From the human T2T-CHM13v2.0 reference genome, Homo sapiens, in the NCBI RefSeq assembly GCF_009914755.1, contig NC_060930.1: 64,000 nucleotides of DNA. One strand, written 5' to 3'. Within the stretch, counting starts at the first letter, position 1. The number at the start of each line of letters is the position of its first letter. Of this stretch, positions 1 to 14,545 are shown in pieces. Below the pieces are notes generated by a model that saw nothing but the letters and a program-made list of their open reading frames with translations, had not been told where the DNA came from and made no database searches. A program made the translations under genes and the position numbers.

Positions 1-1838
<1,838 letters not shown>

Positions 1839-2593
1839 AATTATTTTAAAAAGAAGCAAATTGACACATATGTTAAGTTGTATTTAAAAATAAATAAGTG
1901 GCAGTTAAAAAAAAAAGAAAGTGAAGTATTTTATTTGCTATGGAAAATAGAAAGATGAAGAGTTGATTTTCTCCCTCAAATACAGTAACATTACTAGGAG
2001 AGATAAAGCATGCAAATGGCAAGCACAATACAAAGCAGAGCATGATCACACCAAAAGAGAGGTGCCGTGCTCAGACGTTAGAGAAGTTAAAGGAGATTTC
2101 AGGCTATAGGGACAGAACTGATTTCATTGCCAGTTAAACCAGGTCTTTAAAGGACCAGTAAAAGATTCAAATAGAAAGAGATGAGTTCAGGGAATAAGTA
2201 TTTTTGGCAGATGGAATAGCATGAAAATTACTCTTAGTTGGCCAAACCACATATAGAGGATGATAGTCAATTATGGGTACTGATCTTTATAAAAAATATT
2301 CCAAATTGAAACATGTACAGAACAAGGTGGCCAGGGTGGTGAGATTATTTAAAACTACGTTGTTTTGTGAATGGATGATCTAGAATATAGGAGAATTAAT
2401 TAAGAAAGACATGATAGTTGTGTTCACATCCTTGAAAGTCAGTAATGTGAGAGAGGAATTAGCCATACTCTGAATGTGATAGAAGCAGAGCCAATACCAA
2501 CTGTAGAAACTACAAGATCAACTTCAGCATAAGAAGTAAGTATCTAACAGTAAAAACTGTTAGAAAATGGAAAGGGATGGCTTCAGAAGGAAG

Positions 2594-2785
2594 GCAGTGT
2601 GTATAGTGGGCAGAGCCTCACTGCCAAAGAACAATTCTCACAAGCTGCATAACCATTATGAGCTACTTAAACTCTAAGCTTCTGTTAAAGCTCATTTCTA
2701 AAATGGGAAAATTCAGTAAATATCTACCTCATAGGGCTATTTTGAGTGTGTGCTTAATCTCTAAAGTGCCTGGAATATCATAAAT
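2594..2785 (+). mobile_element. MIR SINE relic
   Basis: gcagtgtgtatagtgggcagagc...tctaaaatgggaaaa...tacctcatagggctattttgag resembles the MIR core. Confidence 0.6.
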
Positions 2786-2789
2786 GATA

Positions 2790-3170
2790 TGATATCGTTT
2801 GGCTCTGTGTCCCCACTGAAATCTCAAGTCCAATTGTAATCCCCACTGGTCAGAGGGACCTGGTGGAAGGTAATTGGATCATGGGGGCAGATTTTCCCCT
2901 TGCTGTTCTCATGACAGTGAGTGAGTTCTCATGAGATCTGATGGCTTAAAAATGTGTGACACTTCCCCCTTCACTATCTCCCTCTCTTGCTGCAATGTGA
3001 AAAAAGTGCTTGCTTCCCCTTCACCTTCTGCCTTGATTGGAAGTTTCCTGAGGCCCCCCAGTCATGCTTCCTGTTAAGCCTGTGGAACTGTGAGTCCATG
3101 AAACCTCTTTTCTTCATAATTACCCAGCCTCAGGTAGCTCTTTATAGCAGTGTGAGAAGGGACTAATACA
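2790..3170 (+). mobile_element. Solo MaLR LTR (THE1D/MSTA-type)
   Basis: Begins tgatatcgtttggctctgtgtcccc and ends ctttatagcagtgtgagaagggactaataca; ~380 bp with TG...CA termini. Confidence 0.9.
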
Positions 3171-3414
3171 AATACTTTATAAATTTAGCAAATTAATGGG
3201 TGGGCAATCTCTTAATAGCTATTATAGATGTAGATTAGAACACAAAATGCTAGTTTATACTTCAAGTTGCATTTCTCTCTAATTTTTTGTCTCTAACGCT
3301 TTGCTTCTAAAGCAAATAAGTAATTCTTCAGGTAAACAATATTTTACCTTAGAGTTTCTGCTGGAAATCTGTAAGTAATTGTCATAAAAGCTTAATTTTT
3401 CACCCCTTGGTCTT

Positions 3415-3522
3415 CTGTTGCTCAATATGTGGCTATTAAGCCCAAAATGTAAATAGTATGGATTAAGATATCCCTCAGGTGTGAAATATATACTGAATTT
3501 CAAAGATTTGGTACAAATAAAA
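3415..3522. mobile_element. MER3/MER33-like hAT-Charlie fragment
   Basis: atgtggctattaagc...aaatatatactgaatttcaaagatttggtacaaa resembles the copy at 43.0 kb. Confidence 0.5.
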
Positions 3523-4186
3523 GGGTGCCGTGGCTAGATTGGAGTGAGGGTGGCTGAGACTAGTAAGGAATGATAAGGGAAGTTGGGCTGGAGTCAGGTT
3601 TTGTGATGATCTAGGACATAAATAGTAATTTGAATTTTATTCTGTTGGAACGGGAAGCTACTCTAGGACTAGGATGATTAGAATATAGATGCTTTTGTAT
3701 TTACCTGGAATCTAGACTGTAAAAGCCAATTTGTAAAAAATAAGCCCTAAATGTATAGCAAGTCACAAATCATGTCACTTCAAAGCATGAAAGAAATGAC
3801 ATGGTTTGAGCTAAATTTTATAAAATTTTATCTCAGTCTTCTTGAGTTAAACAAGAAAGATTAGGCTTGGATTAAAGTTAGTTTAGGCTTGGATTAAAGT
3901 GGTATTAGGTAAGTGATAAAAAGTGGATGTAGAATATATGTTGCAGAATTTGCTAGATTAGTTTACATGTGAATTATACATATCCACATTATGTGTGGAT
4001 TACATGCACGATGTAGAGGAAGAAAGATCAGTTAAATATACCTCTTGAGGTTTCTGCCCTGAGTGCATCATGGTGCCATTTATTGAGAGAGAAAGGCCTG
4101 AGAGAAGAGCAAGTTTTGGATTATCAATATTATCATTATTTTATAGCTTCATATTTAGATTCACCAAGCAAAGTTGTGCTGATTGT

Positions 4187-4546
4187 CAGGGGTGAGACTA
4201 GGGTGAGATGAGTCTGGCACTTGCCTTGGGAGTAAAATTTAAGGGGTCACCAAAAATCTCAGTAATTGAAATAAATAATATTTTAGCCTAATATTTTAAA
4301 AAGATTTTTTAAAGTAAAAAAATGCAAAAAAGTTATCAAGAAAATATTAAAAATGTATGTAAACACAGGATCAATAACAATGCTATGCAGTCATACCAGA
4401 GCTTGAGGCAAAAACAGTTTGTAATTGACATTTACACTGAAATATTTAATTACACGGAAATATTTAATATTTTAATGTATGTAATATTAAATAAGTATTA
4501 GTTAATATTTAATTGCATCACCCTTATCAGCCTAATCCTGACCCTG
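4187..4546 (+). mobile_element. hAT-type non-autonomous DNA transposon (MER96B-like)
   Basis: Termini caggggtgagactaggg and cctaatcctgaccctg are imperfect TIRs. 8-bp TSD ctgattgt (4179-4186) / ctgattgc (4547-4554), the hAT signature. Confidence 0.75.
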
Positions 4547-4779
4547 CTGATTGCACACTGCAGAGATACAAAGGGCAGTGTTCCATTGTAGTTTGTGTGA
4601 ATGGTGTGCCAGGAGTTGGACTGGACACAACCTCCATGATGCTGACTGGTGGACCTGTGTGTAGACTAAAAACCTTCCTAAAACAAAAAAAGCATTAATA
4701 TGTTATATCCTTTGACTATATATTATAGACTTTGAAGAGACCTGTTAAAACAGCGTCTAGTTCATTATGATAAATCTTC

Positions 4780-4912
4780 ATATATGATATGATATATATG
4801 TTACATATATGTGCACACACTTATAAACATACATTTATACACCCACACACATATATATAGAGAGAGAGAAGGAGAGAGGGAAAGGGAGAGATAGAGAGAG
4901 AGAGAGAGAGAG
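4780..4912. repeat. Compound (TA)n/(CA)n/(GA)n microsatellite
   Basis: Direct reading of the sequence. Confidence 0.9.
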
Positions 4913-4959
4913 AATTAACAAATAGGACTGTATAACCTGTTTCTTGATCTCTAACTCTA

Positions 4960-5155
4960 TATCAGGCACTGTGCCAAATATTTTGTATGCATTTAATATA
5001 TATGACAACACTGAAAGATAGATGCTTTTATCTTCATGAATGAAAATGCTAAGACTCAGTGAAAGTTAAATATTTTGACCAAAGTCTCATAATTGGTCAG
5101 TGGCAGAAGTGAGATACTTAGTCAGATGTGTCTGAATCTACAATCCATGTTCCAA
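4960..5155 (-). mobile_element. MIR relic
   Basis: caggcactgtgccaa...tgaaaatgctaagactcagtgaaagttaaatattttgaccaaagtc. Confidence 0.6.
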
Positions 5156-5894
5156 TCTCCCAAAGAGCTTTGATGTGATTTTCCATGTCTTCTCTAAGAA
5201 ACTAAAAATGAAGTTCAACTCTAATAGCAATCAAAGTTTTGTACATCAATTTAGCATCTGTATATGTGAATTAAACATTTAAATAAGGGATTTTATTAAA
5301 TATTTAAAAATCTGTCATGTAAATAATGTTTTAAGGACTATTTAATAATATAGGCAGAAAAATCTAATTTTCCAAAAGTGTGCATGCAACTCATATGTAA
5401 ACCCTGGGGCTCAGTAATCATGAACATAAGAGAAAAAACCTAGCATATTTGATGTGTAATGAATAGTGTAAAGTTTTATGAAATAAATGTTCAAAAATCA
5501 ATGGTCCCCATATATATAAAACATATCAAGGGAGTTAGTAAAAGGAAATCTATATAAAGTGACTGAGAATCTACTTAGCAAGAACTATACAAAACTACCA
5601 TCAATGAATGCATGAATCCTACTGAGCAATATAAAGGAACACTTGAAGAGTTCAAGGTACTATTCAAGTCTCACACAACAGTCTTTCATATCATAAGGTC
5701 AAGTTCCAGAATTTGATGTAGTAATTCAATCCTACCACAATTCAATATTTGGGAAATATGATAAAGAGATTTTATAATTTAATCTGAAATGAAAAGTTAT
5801 GATTATAGGCAGAAAAGTTCTAGAAAAACTTGAGGGTCATGCAGCAACAAATATTATTAATATCTGTGTTACATTTCTAACATTTTATAATTTC

Positions 5895-6620
5895 AAAACA
5901 TTACTTACACAAATGGAGTCATATATATGTAATCTTTTGGAATTTTTTTTCCACTCAGCATATTTTCCTGGAGATTTGTCCAGGTTGTTGCATGTATCAG
6001 TAATTTCTGCTTATTTTTTGTTTACCATGAGTAAAGCTGCTATGAACATATGTGTATAGGTTTTTGTGTGACTACAAGTTTTCATTTCTCTGAGTTAAAA
6101 TGAGATTTCACTTCAATAACACAATTGCTAGGTCATATGATAACTGCATATCTTACAGAATGGCTATACCTTTTTACATTTCCACTGGCAATGCATAAGT
6201 GATCCAGTTTATCTGCATCCTCACCAGCATTTTAGAAATGCAGCCCAAATTAGGGATTGACAAAGGTTAGTGAAGGGAGGGGAGTGGAAGGTGAGTATAT
6301 GTATAAAAGGGCAACATAAGGGATCCTTGTGGTGAGACTATTGTGTGTTTCTACAATGCTAAGGGATACACAAACTCATACATATGATAAAATTGCATAG
6401 AACTAAATAAACACACTGACAATGAGTGCAAGTAAAATTGAGGAAATCCGAATAAGATTTGTGGATTGTATTAAGTTTAACATCTTAGTTGTGATAATGG
6501 ACTATAGTTTTGCAAGATATTATTGCTAGGGAAAACTGAGTAAAGGCTTCATGAGACCTTTATCATTTCTTACAACTGCATGTGAATCTGCAATTATATA
6601 AAAAAATTTCACTTGGAAGT
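5895..6620. mobile_element. Old L1M 3' fragments in both orientations
   Basis: ttccactcagcatatttt...aaagctgctatgaacat...catcctcaccagcat on the minus strand, followed by ggatccttgtggtg...tttcttacaactgcatgtgaatct (L1MC-like, plus strand). Confidence 0.6.
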
Positions 6621-7734
6621 GTATAACACAATTACATTTATTAAAGACACATGCTATTGCAGGAGTAGATATAGAACAGTAGAACAGAATACTGAGTCTG
6701 AATTTAGCATATAATGAAGATCATATTTCAGATAATTGAGGAAAAGATCAGTGTTCAGTAAAACAAGCTACCATTTGACAGTAGCTAGTCTTCGATAAAG
6801 ATAGTTATATCCCAACATTATACATTATAAATTCATTCCATAAAATATTCTTTATTATTTATTTATTAAAGATATTAAATATATACTGAAGATCAAAATA
6901 TGCTAAGAAAATTCAGGTGATGATTTTTTAAATTGTAACATATGGAAAGACTTCCATAGCATGGCACCAAAGCAAGAAGTGAGAAAGCAGAAAACACACT
7001 TATGTGTTTAAATACAAAGATTTACCCTTCATAATAAAAAATAAATCAATAAAGAAATAAATACCTCAAAAAATAGCACAAGAATTGCATGAGTACTTCT
7101 TAATTAGAAAATACCCATTTTCATATATGATCAGAAAAACACAAATTAAAAGAATTAATGAGATTCCATTGTTACTCTTATGTAACAGATATAGAAGATT
7201 TTTATCTCCAGTATTGATAAGGCTATGAAAGACAATCGATTTAATATATTGTTTTTGAGTTTATAGATAGGTATTACTTTTACAAAGGGTCATCTGGGAA
7301 TATAGCTCTTAAGTACGTGTGTCATGTACTTAAGTTTCATTAAACATGAAACTTCTGTGTAATTTGTTTAGTATGAGCTCATGGAGATCTAATACTCATA
7401 AACAATAGAGTTAACTGTATTAGTGGATACTCAAGCATCCTAAAATATCATTTTGAATTTCCAGCCAGATAAAACTAATCCATGTGATTAGGACCTATTT
7501 GGTTTAAATAAGAGGCTAAAAATGTGCTGTTTGTCTTTCAGTTCAAACAATTAGATTTGACAAATAGCTTCTGCAAAGCACTGTATCATTGATGTGGGAA
7601 TGAAAAAAATTATAATAAATCTTATTTCAGAGAGCTTAATATAGAATCAAGAAAACAAGATATAGCTGATGTAAATAATTAGAAAATATCTTACATCACA
7701 ATAGCAAATGTGAAATAATGTAATGGTATCCTTT

Positions 7735-10700
7735 ACACTGGCACAAGACAAGGATGCCCTCTCTCACCATTCCTACTCAACATAGTATGGACGTTCTAGC
7801 TAGGGCAGTTAGGCAAGAAAAATAAGTAAATGTTATTCAAATAGGAAGAGAGGAAATCAAATTATCCCTGTTTGCAGATGGCATGATCCTACATCTAGAA
7901 AACCCCATCACCTTAGTCAAACAGCTTCTTCAGCTGATAAGCAACTATAGCAAAGTCTGAGGATATAAAATCAATGTGAAAAATTGCTAGCATTCCTATT
8001 CACAAACATCAGTCAAGCCAAGAGCCAAATCATGAATGAACTCCCATTCTTAATTGTCTCAAAAAGAATAAAATACCTAGGAATACAGCTAAAAAGGTGT
8101 ATTAATTTATTTTCACACTGTTATATTACCTGAGACTGGTTAATCTATAAACGAAGAGGTTTAATTGACTCACAGTTCTGCATGGCTGGGGAGGCCTCTA
8201 GCAACTTATAATCATGGCGGAAGGCAAAGGGGAAGCAAAGTACATCTTACATGTCAGCAGGAGAGAGAGAGCATGCAGGGGAAACTGCCACTTTTAAACC
8301 ATCAGATCTTTAAGGAACTCCCTCATTATCATGAGAACAGCATAGGGGAAACTGCCTCCATGATGCAATCACCCCCCATCAGGTCTTTCCCTCAACATCT
8401 GGGGATTAACAATTTGAGTTGAGATTTGGGTGAGGGCACAGAGCCAAAACTTATGCCACTCCTGACCCCTCCCAAATCTCATGTCCTTTTCACATTTCAT
8501 AACCAATAACCAATGATGCCTTCCCAACAGTCCCCCAAAGTCTTAACTCATTCCACCATTGACTCAAAAGTCCAAGTCCGAAGTATCTTCTGAGAGAAGA
8601 CAAATCTCTTCTGCCTATGAGACTGTAAAATCAAAAACAAGTTAGTTACTTCCAAGATACGATGGGGATACAGCATTAGGCAAATGTTTTCATTCCAAAT
8701 GGGAGAAATTGGCCAAAACAAAGGGGCCACAGGTCCCATGCAAATCTGAAACCTGGCAGGGCACTCATTAGATCTTAAAGCTCCAAAATAATCACCTTTG
8801 ACCCCATGTCTCATAACTAGGACACACTGATACAAGGGGTGAGCTCCCAAGGCCTTGGGCAGCTCCACCCCTGTGGTTTTGCAGGATACAGTCCCTGCAG
8901 CTGCTTTCATGGGCTGACATGGAGTGCCTGCAGCTTTTTCAAGCACAAGCTGCAAGCTGTTGGTGGATCTACCATTCTGGGGTCTGGAGGATGGTGACCC
9001 TCTTCTCACAGCTTCACTAGGGAGTGCCCCAGTGGTGACTCTGTATGGGGGCTCCAACCCACATTTCCCCTCTGCATTTCTCTAGTAGAAGTTCTCCATC
9101 AGGGCTCTGCTTCTGCAGCAGACTTCTGCCTGGACTTCCATGTATGTCTGAACAACCTCTGAAACCTAGGAGGAGGCTTCCAAAGCTTAACTCTTGTCTT
9201 CTGTGCACCTGTGGGCCCAACACCACATGGAAGGTGGCAAAGCTTGGGTATTTCACCCTCTGAAGCAATGGCCTGAGCTGTGTCTTGGCCCCTTTTAGCC
9301 ACGGCTGGAGCTGGAGTGGTTGGGACACAGGGTGCCATGTCCTGAAGCTACACAGAGCAACAGAATGCTGGGCCCAGCCCATGAGGTCATTTTTCCCTCC
9401 TAGACCTCTAGGCCTGTGATGGTGGGAGGGGCTGCCATGGAGGTCTCTGATGTGCCCTGGAGACATTTTCCCCATAGTCTTGGCAATTAACATTTGGCCC
9501 CTCCTTACATATGTAAATTTGTGCAGCCATCTTTAATTTCTCCCCAGTAAATGGGTTTTTCTTTTCTACCTTATGGTCAGGCTGCAAATTTTCCTAACTT
9601 TATGCTCTGCTTCCCTTTTAAACATAAGTTCCAATTTCAAACCATTTCTTTATGAACACATATAACCGAAGGCTTTCAAAATAAGCCAGGTCACATTTTG
9701 AATGCTTTGCTACTTGGACATTTATTCTGCCAGATACCCTAAATTATCTCTCTCAAGTTCAAAGTTCCGCAGATCTCTAGAGCAGGGGCTAAATGCCACC
9801 AGTCTCTTTGCTAAAGCATAGCATAAGTGACCTTTACTCCAGTTCCCAGTAAGTTCCTCATCTCCTTCTGAGGCCACCTCAGCCTGGGCTCCATTGTCCA
9901 TGTCACTATCAACATTTTGGTTAAAAACCATTCAACAAGTCTAGAAATTCCAAAATTTCCCACATCTTCCTGTCTTCTTCTGAGCACTCCAAACTGTTCC
10001 AACCTGTGCCTGTTACCCAGTTCCAAAGTCGCTTCCACATTTTCAGGTTATCTTTACAGACTACCTCACTCTGTTGATACCAATTCTCTGTATTAGTCCA
10101 TTTTTACACTGCTATAAAGATACTGCCTGAGAGTGAGTAATTTATAAACAAAAGAGGTTTAATTGACTCACAATTCTGCATGGCTGAGGAGACCTCAGGA
10201 CATTTACAATAGTGGCAGAATGTGAAGGGGAAGCAAGGAACATCTTACATGTTGGCAGGGGAGAGAGAGTGTTCAGGGGAAACTGCCACTTTTACACCAT
10301 CAGATTTTGTGAGAACTACCTCACTATCATGAGAACAGCATGGGGGAAACTGGCCCCATGATCCAATCACGTCCCACCAGGTCCCTCCCTCAATTCCTGG
10401 GGATTACAATTTGAGATAAGATTTGGATGAAGACACAGAGCCAAACCATATCACAAGGGAAGTGAAGGACCTCTACAAGGAGAAATACAAACCACTGCTT
10501 AAAAATATCAGAGATGACACAAACAAATGGAAAAGCATTCTGTGCTCATAGATAGGAAGAATCAATATCGTGAAAATGGCCATACTGTCCAAAGCAATTT
10601 ATAGATTCAATGATAGTTGCACTAAACTACCATTGACATTCTTCATAGAACTGGAAAAAAACTTTTAAAATTCATATAGAACCAAAAAAAGAAAAAAGCC

Positions 10701-12131
10701 CAAATCATCAAGGCAATCCTAAGCAGAAAGAACAAGGCTGGATACATCATGCCACCTGACTTCAAACTACACTATAGGGCTACAGTAACCAAAACAGCAT
10801 GCTACTTGTGGAAGAATAGACAAATATATCATTGTAACAGAAAAGAGAAACTAGAAATAAGACCACACACTTTTAACTATCTGAGGTTCAACAATCCTGA
10901 CAAAAACAAGCAATGGGGAAAGGATTCCCTATTCAATAAATCTTGCTGGGAGAACTGTCTAGCCATATGCAGAAAATTGAAACTGGACCCCTTGTTTACA
11001 CCACACACAAAAAAATCAACTCAAGATGAATTAATCACTTAATGTAAAACCCCAAACTATAAAAAATCTAAAGGAAAACCTAGGCAATGCCATTCAGGAT
11101 ATAGGCAAGGGCAAAAATTTCTTGTCTAAGACAAAAAAACAATTGCAACAAAAGCAAAATTTAACAAGTGGGATCTAATTAAACTAAAGAACTTCTGCAT
11201 AGCAAAAGAAACTATCAACAGAGTAAACAGCCGACCTACAGAAAGGGAAAGATTTTACACTATGCATCTGACACAGATCTAATATCAAATGTCTATAAGA
11301 AATTTAAGAAAATTTACAAGAAAAAAGAAACCACTCCATTAAAAAGTGGGGAAAGTACAGGAACAGACAGTTTCCAAAAGAAGACATACATGTGGCCAAC
11401 AATCATATGAAAAAAAGCTCAACATGGCTATTCATTAGATAAATGCAAATCAAAACCACAATGAGATACCATCTCACACCAGTAAGAAGTCAAAAAGTAA
11501 CAGTTGCTGACAGGTTATATAGAAAAAGAAATGCTTTTACACTGTTGGTGGGAGGGTGTATTAGTTCAACCATTGTGGAAGGCAGTGTGGCAATTCCCCA
11601 AAGACCTACAGACAGAAATACTATTTGACCCAGCAATCGCATTACTGGGATATACCCAAAGGAATATAAATCATTCTATTATATAGACATGTGCATGCAT
11701 ATGTTCTTTGCAGCACTATTCACAATAGCAAAGACATGGAATCAGCCTAAATGCACATCAGTAATAGACTGGATAAAGAAAATGTGGTATATATACACCA
11801 TGGAATACTATGCATCCATAAAAAAAGAAGGAGGTTATGCCTTTTGTGGGAACATGGATGGAGCTGCAGGCTGTTATCCTTAGCAAGCTAACACAGGAAC
11901 AGTAAACCCAATACCGCATGTTCTCACTTATAAGTGGGACCTAAATTATGAGAACACATGAACACATAGAAGGGAACAGTGCACACTGGGGCCTATTAGA
12001 AGGTGGGGGGTGAAAGGTGGGAGAGGATCAGGAAAAAAAACCTACTGACAACAACTCCCATAACACATGTTTACCTATGTGACAAACCTGCACATCCTGC
12101 ACATGTACCCCTGAACTTAAAAGTTCAAAAA
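7735..12131 (+). mobile_element. 5'-truncated LINE-1 (L1PA12-15-like ORF2 and 3' UTR), split by a MaLR provirus at 8098-10453
   Basis: RT-domain sequence (actggcacaagacaaggatgccctctctcacc, tttgcagatggcatgatc) stops at gaatacagctaaaaagg and resumes exactly at caagggaagtgaaggacc (10454). Ends catgtacccctgaacttaaaag. Confidence 0.93.
8098..10453 (-). mobile_element. Complete MaLR provirus (THE1D/MSTA-type): LTR 8098-~8453, internal ~1.63 kb, LTR 10089-10453
   Basis: Two ~360-bp LTRs start tgtatta; the right one ends gagccaaaccatatca. The internal region is homologous to the one at 16.5-18.0 kb. 5-bp TSD aaagg (8093-8097) / caagg (10454-10458). Confidence 0.93.
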
Positions 12132-12133
12132 GG

Positions 12134-12438
12134 GGCCAGGTACGGTGGCTCAAGCCTGTAATCCCAGCACTTTGGGAGGCCCAGGTGGGCGGATCACGAG
12201 GTCAGGAGACTGAGACCATCCTGGCTAACATGGTGAAACCCCGTCTCACTAAAAATACAGAAAATTAGCCGGGCATGGTGGCGGGCGCCACCACTACTCC
12301 GAGTAGTCTCAGCTACTCGGAGGCTGAGGCAGGAGAACGGCGTGAACCTGGGAGGCGGAGCTTGCAGTGAGCCGAGACCGCACCACTGCACTCCAGGCTG
12401 GGTGACAGAGCGAGACTCCGTCTCAAAATAATAATAAT

Positions 12439-12474
<36 letters not shown>
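12134..12474 (+). mobile_element. AluY with (AAT)n tail, inserted in the L1 A-tail
   Basis: Dimeric Alu with AluY-type accatcctggctaaca, ggcgtgaacc and ggagcttgcag. Approximate TSD aaagtt(c/t)aaaaa. Confidence 0.95.
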
Positions 12475-12476
<2 letters not shown>

Positions 12477-12699
12477 GTTTAAAAACCCTAATGAATCTGG
12501 GAAAAATATTCATGATGTGTTGTTACTTTGTGGAGGGAGGTGTGACATTAAAAATCAGTTTAAAAAGTTTGAAGGCACTACACTAATGGGACAATAATTA
12601 TTATCTCTGAGAATTGAGATTGCTGCCACTTTTTTCTTCTTCTCACTAATCTATGGTTTCTAATTCCAATAATTAAAATGCCGTCTTAGTAAATATGTA

Positions 12700-12798
12700 G
12701 TGCTCACTTTGGCAGCACATGTACTAAAATTGGAATGGTACAGAGAAGATTACCATGGCCCGTGTGAAAGTATGACATACAAATTCGTGAAGTGTTCC
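12700..12798 (+). pseudogene. U6 snRNA retro-pseudogene (RNU6-xP type), the 5' part of a U6-L1 chimera
   Basis: gtgctcactttggcagcacatgtactaaaattggaatggtacagagaagattaccatggccc...caaattcgtgaagtgttcc matches U6 from nt 1, including the ACAGAGA box. It has CpG-decay substitutions and lacks the terminal ATATTTT. Confidence 0.95.
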
Positions 12799-14545
12799 TG
12801 AAACCTGCACATATCAATATTCACCTGAAATTGAATGGGCTAAATGCCCCAGTTAAAAGGCACAGAATGGCTACTGAATAAAGAAGCAGGACCCAACATT
12901 ATGCTCTCTTCAAGAGACCCGTAGGCTCAAAGTAAGGGGATGGATTAAAATCTGCCAAGTGAATGGAAAACAGTAAAAAGCATAAGCTGCTATTCTAATT
13001 TCACACAAAACAGACTTTAAACCAACAATGGTTAAAAAAAGGACATTAAATAAACATAAAGGGTTTAAGTTAACAAGACATAACTTTCCTAAAGAAATAT
13101 TCATCCAACACAGGAGCACCCAGATTCATAAAGCAAGTTCTTTAGAGACCTATAAAGAGACTTAAATAACCACACAATAATATTTGGAGATTTAAACATT
13201 CCACTGACAGTATTAGATAGATCATTGAGGCAGAAAAATTGACAAGTGGAACCTAATTACACTAATTTAACTAAAGAGCTTCTGCAAAGCTAGAAACTAT
13301 CAACAGTGTAAACAGACAACCTAGAGAATGGGAGGAAATATTTGCAAACTATACACCCTGCAAAGGTCTGATATCCAGAATCTATAAGGAACTTAAACAA
13401 ATAAAAAACAAAAAAGCGCATTAAAAACTGGGCAAAGGACATGAGCAGGCACTTTTCAAAAGAAGATATACAAGTGGCCAACAAGCATATAAGAAAAACC
13501 TCAACATCACTAATCATTAAAGAAATGCAAATCAAAACCGCAATGAGAAATCATCTCACACCAATCAGAATAGCTATTATTAAAAAGTCTAGGCCGGGCA
13601 CGGCAGCTCCCGCCTGTAATCCCAGCACTTTGGGAGGCTGAGGCGGGCAGATCATGAGGTCAGAAGATCAAGACCATCCAGACTAACACGGTGAAACCCT
13701 GTCTCTACTAAAAAATACAAAAAATTAGCTGGGTGTGGTGGCGGGTGCTTCTAGTCCCAGCTCCTTGGGAGGGTGAGGCAGGAGAATGGCGTAAACCCGG
13801 GAGGCAGGGCTTGCAGTGAGCCAACATTGTGCCGCTGCAGTCCAGCCTGGGCGACAGAGCGAGACTCCATCTCAAAAAATAAAATAATAAAATAATATAA
13901 AAGTCAAAAACCAACAGATACTGGCAAGTTTGTGGAGAAGAAGGAACGCTTATACACTGCTGGTAGAAATGTACATTAGTTCAGCCATTGTAGAAAGTAG
14001 TGTGGTGACCTCAGATAACTTAAAAAAGAAGTACCACTCAACCCAGCACTCATATTTTTGGAAATGTACCCAAAGAAATTACATCATTGTACAATAAAGA
14101 CACATGCATTCATATATTCATTGCAGCACTATTCAGAATAGGAAAGTCATGGAATCATCCTAAATGTCCATCAATGGTAAACTGAATAAAGAAAATGTGG
14201 TACATATACACCATGGAATACTATGCAGCCATTAAAAAGAACAAGATCATGTCCTTTTCAGCAACATGGATGGATCTGGAGGCCATAACCCTAAGCAAAC
14301 TAACGCAGGAACTGAAAACCAAATACTACATGTTCTCACTTATAAGTGGGAGCTACACATTGAGGACATATGGACACAAAGAAGAGAACAACTGACAACA
14401 GGACCTACTTATGTAGATACTATCAGGTACTATGCTATGACCTGGGCAATGAAATAATCTATACATCAAACTCCAGTGACATAAAACTTACCTACATAAC
14501 AAACCTGCGCATGTACCCCTGAATGTAAAATAAAAGTTTCAAAAA
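12799..14545 (+). mobile_element. LINE-1 (L1PA15/16-like) fused to U6: ORF2 start (endonuclease) 12799-~13238, large internal deletion, then ORF2 end and 3' UTR; interrupted by an Alu
   Basis: cacatatcaatatt...aatgggctaaatgcccc is the ORF2 N-terminus. The sequence jumps at gaggcagaaaaattgacaagtgg to late ORF2 and ends catgtacccctgaatgtaaaataaaag. Confidence 0.9.
13592..13897 (+). mobile_element. AluY
   Basis: Full dimer with A-rich tail; TSD approximately aaaagtc(t/a)a inside the L1. Confidence 0.95.

Noticed and set aside
8548-10038. ORFs of up to 169 aa, with homologous ORFs at 16.6-17.9 kb
   Set aside because: Fragments of the decayed MaLR internal region; their mutual similarity reflects the shared repeat family.
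12700-12798. Functional U6 snRNA gene
   Set aside because: Many substitutions, no T-run terminator, no recognisable PSE, and it is fused to L1.
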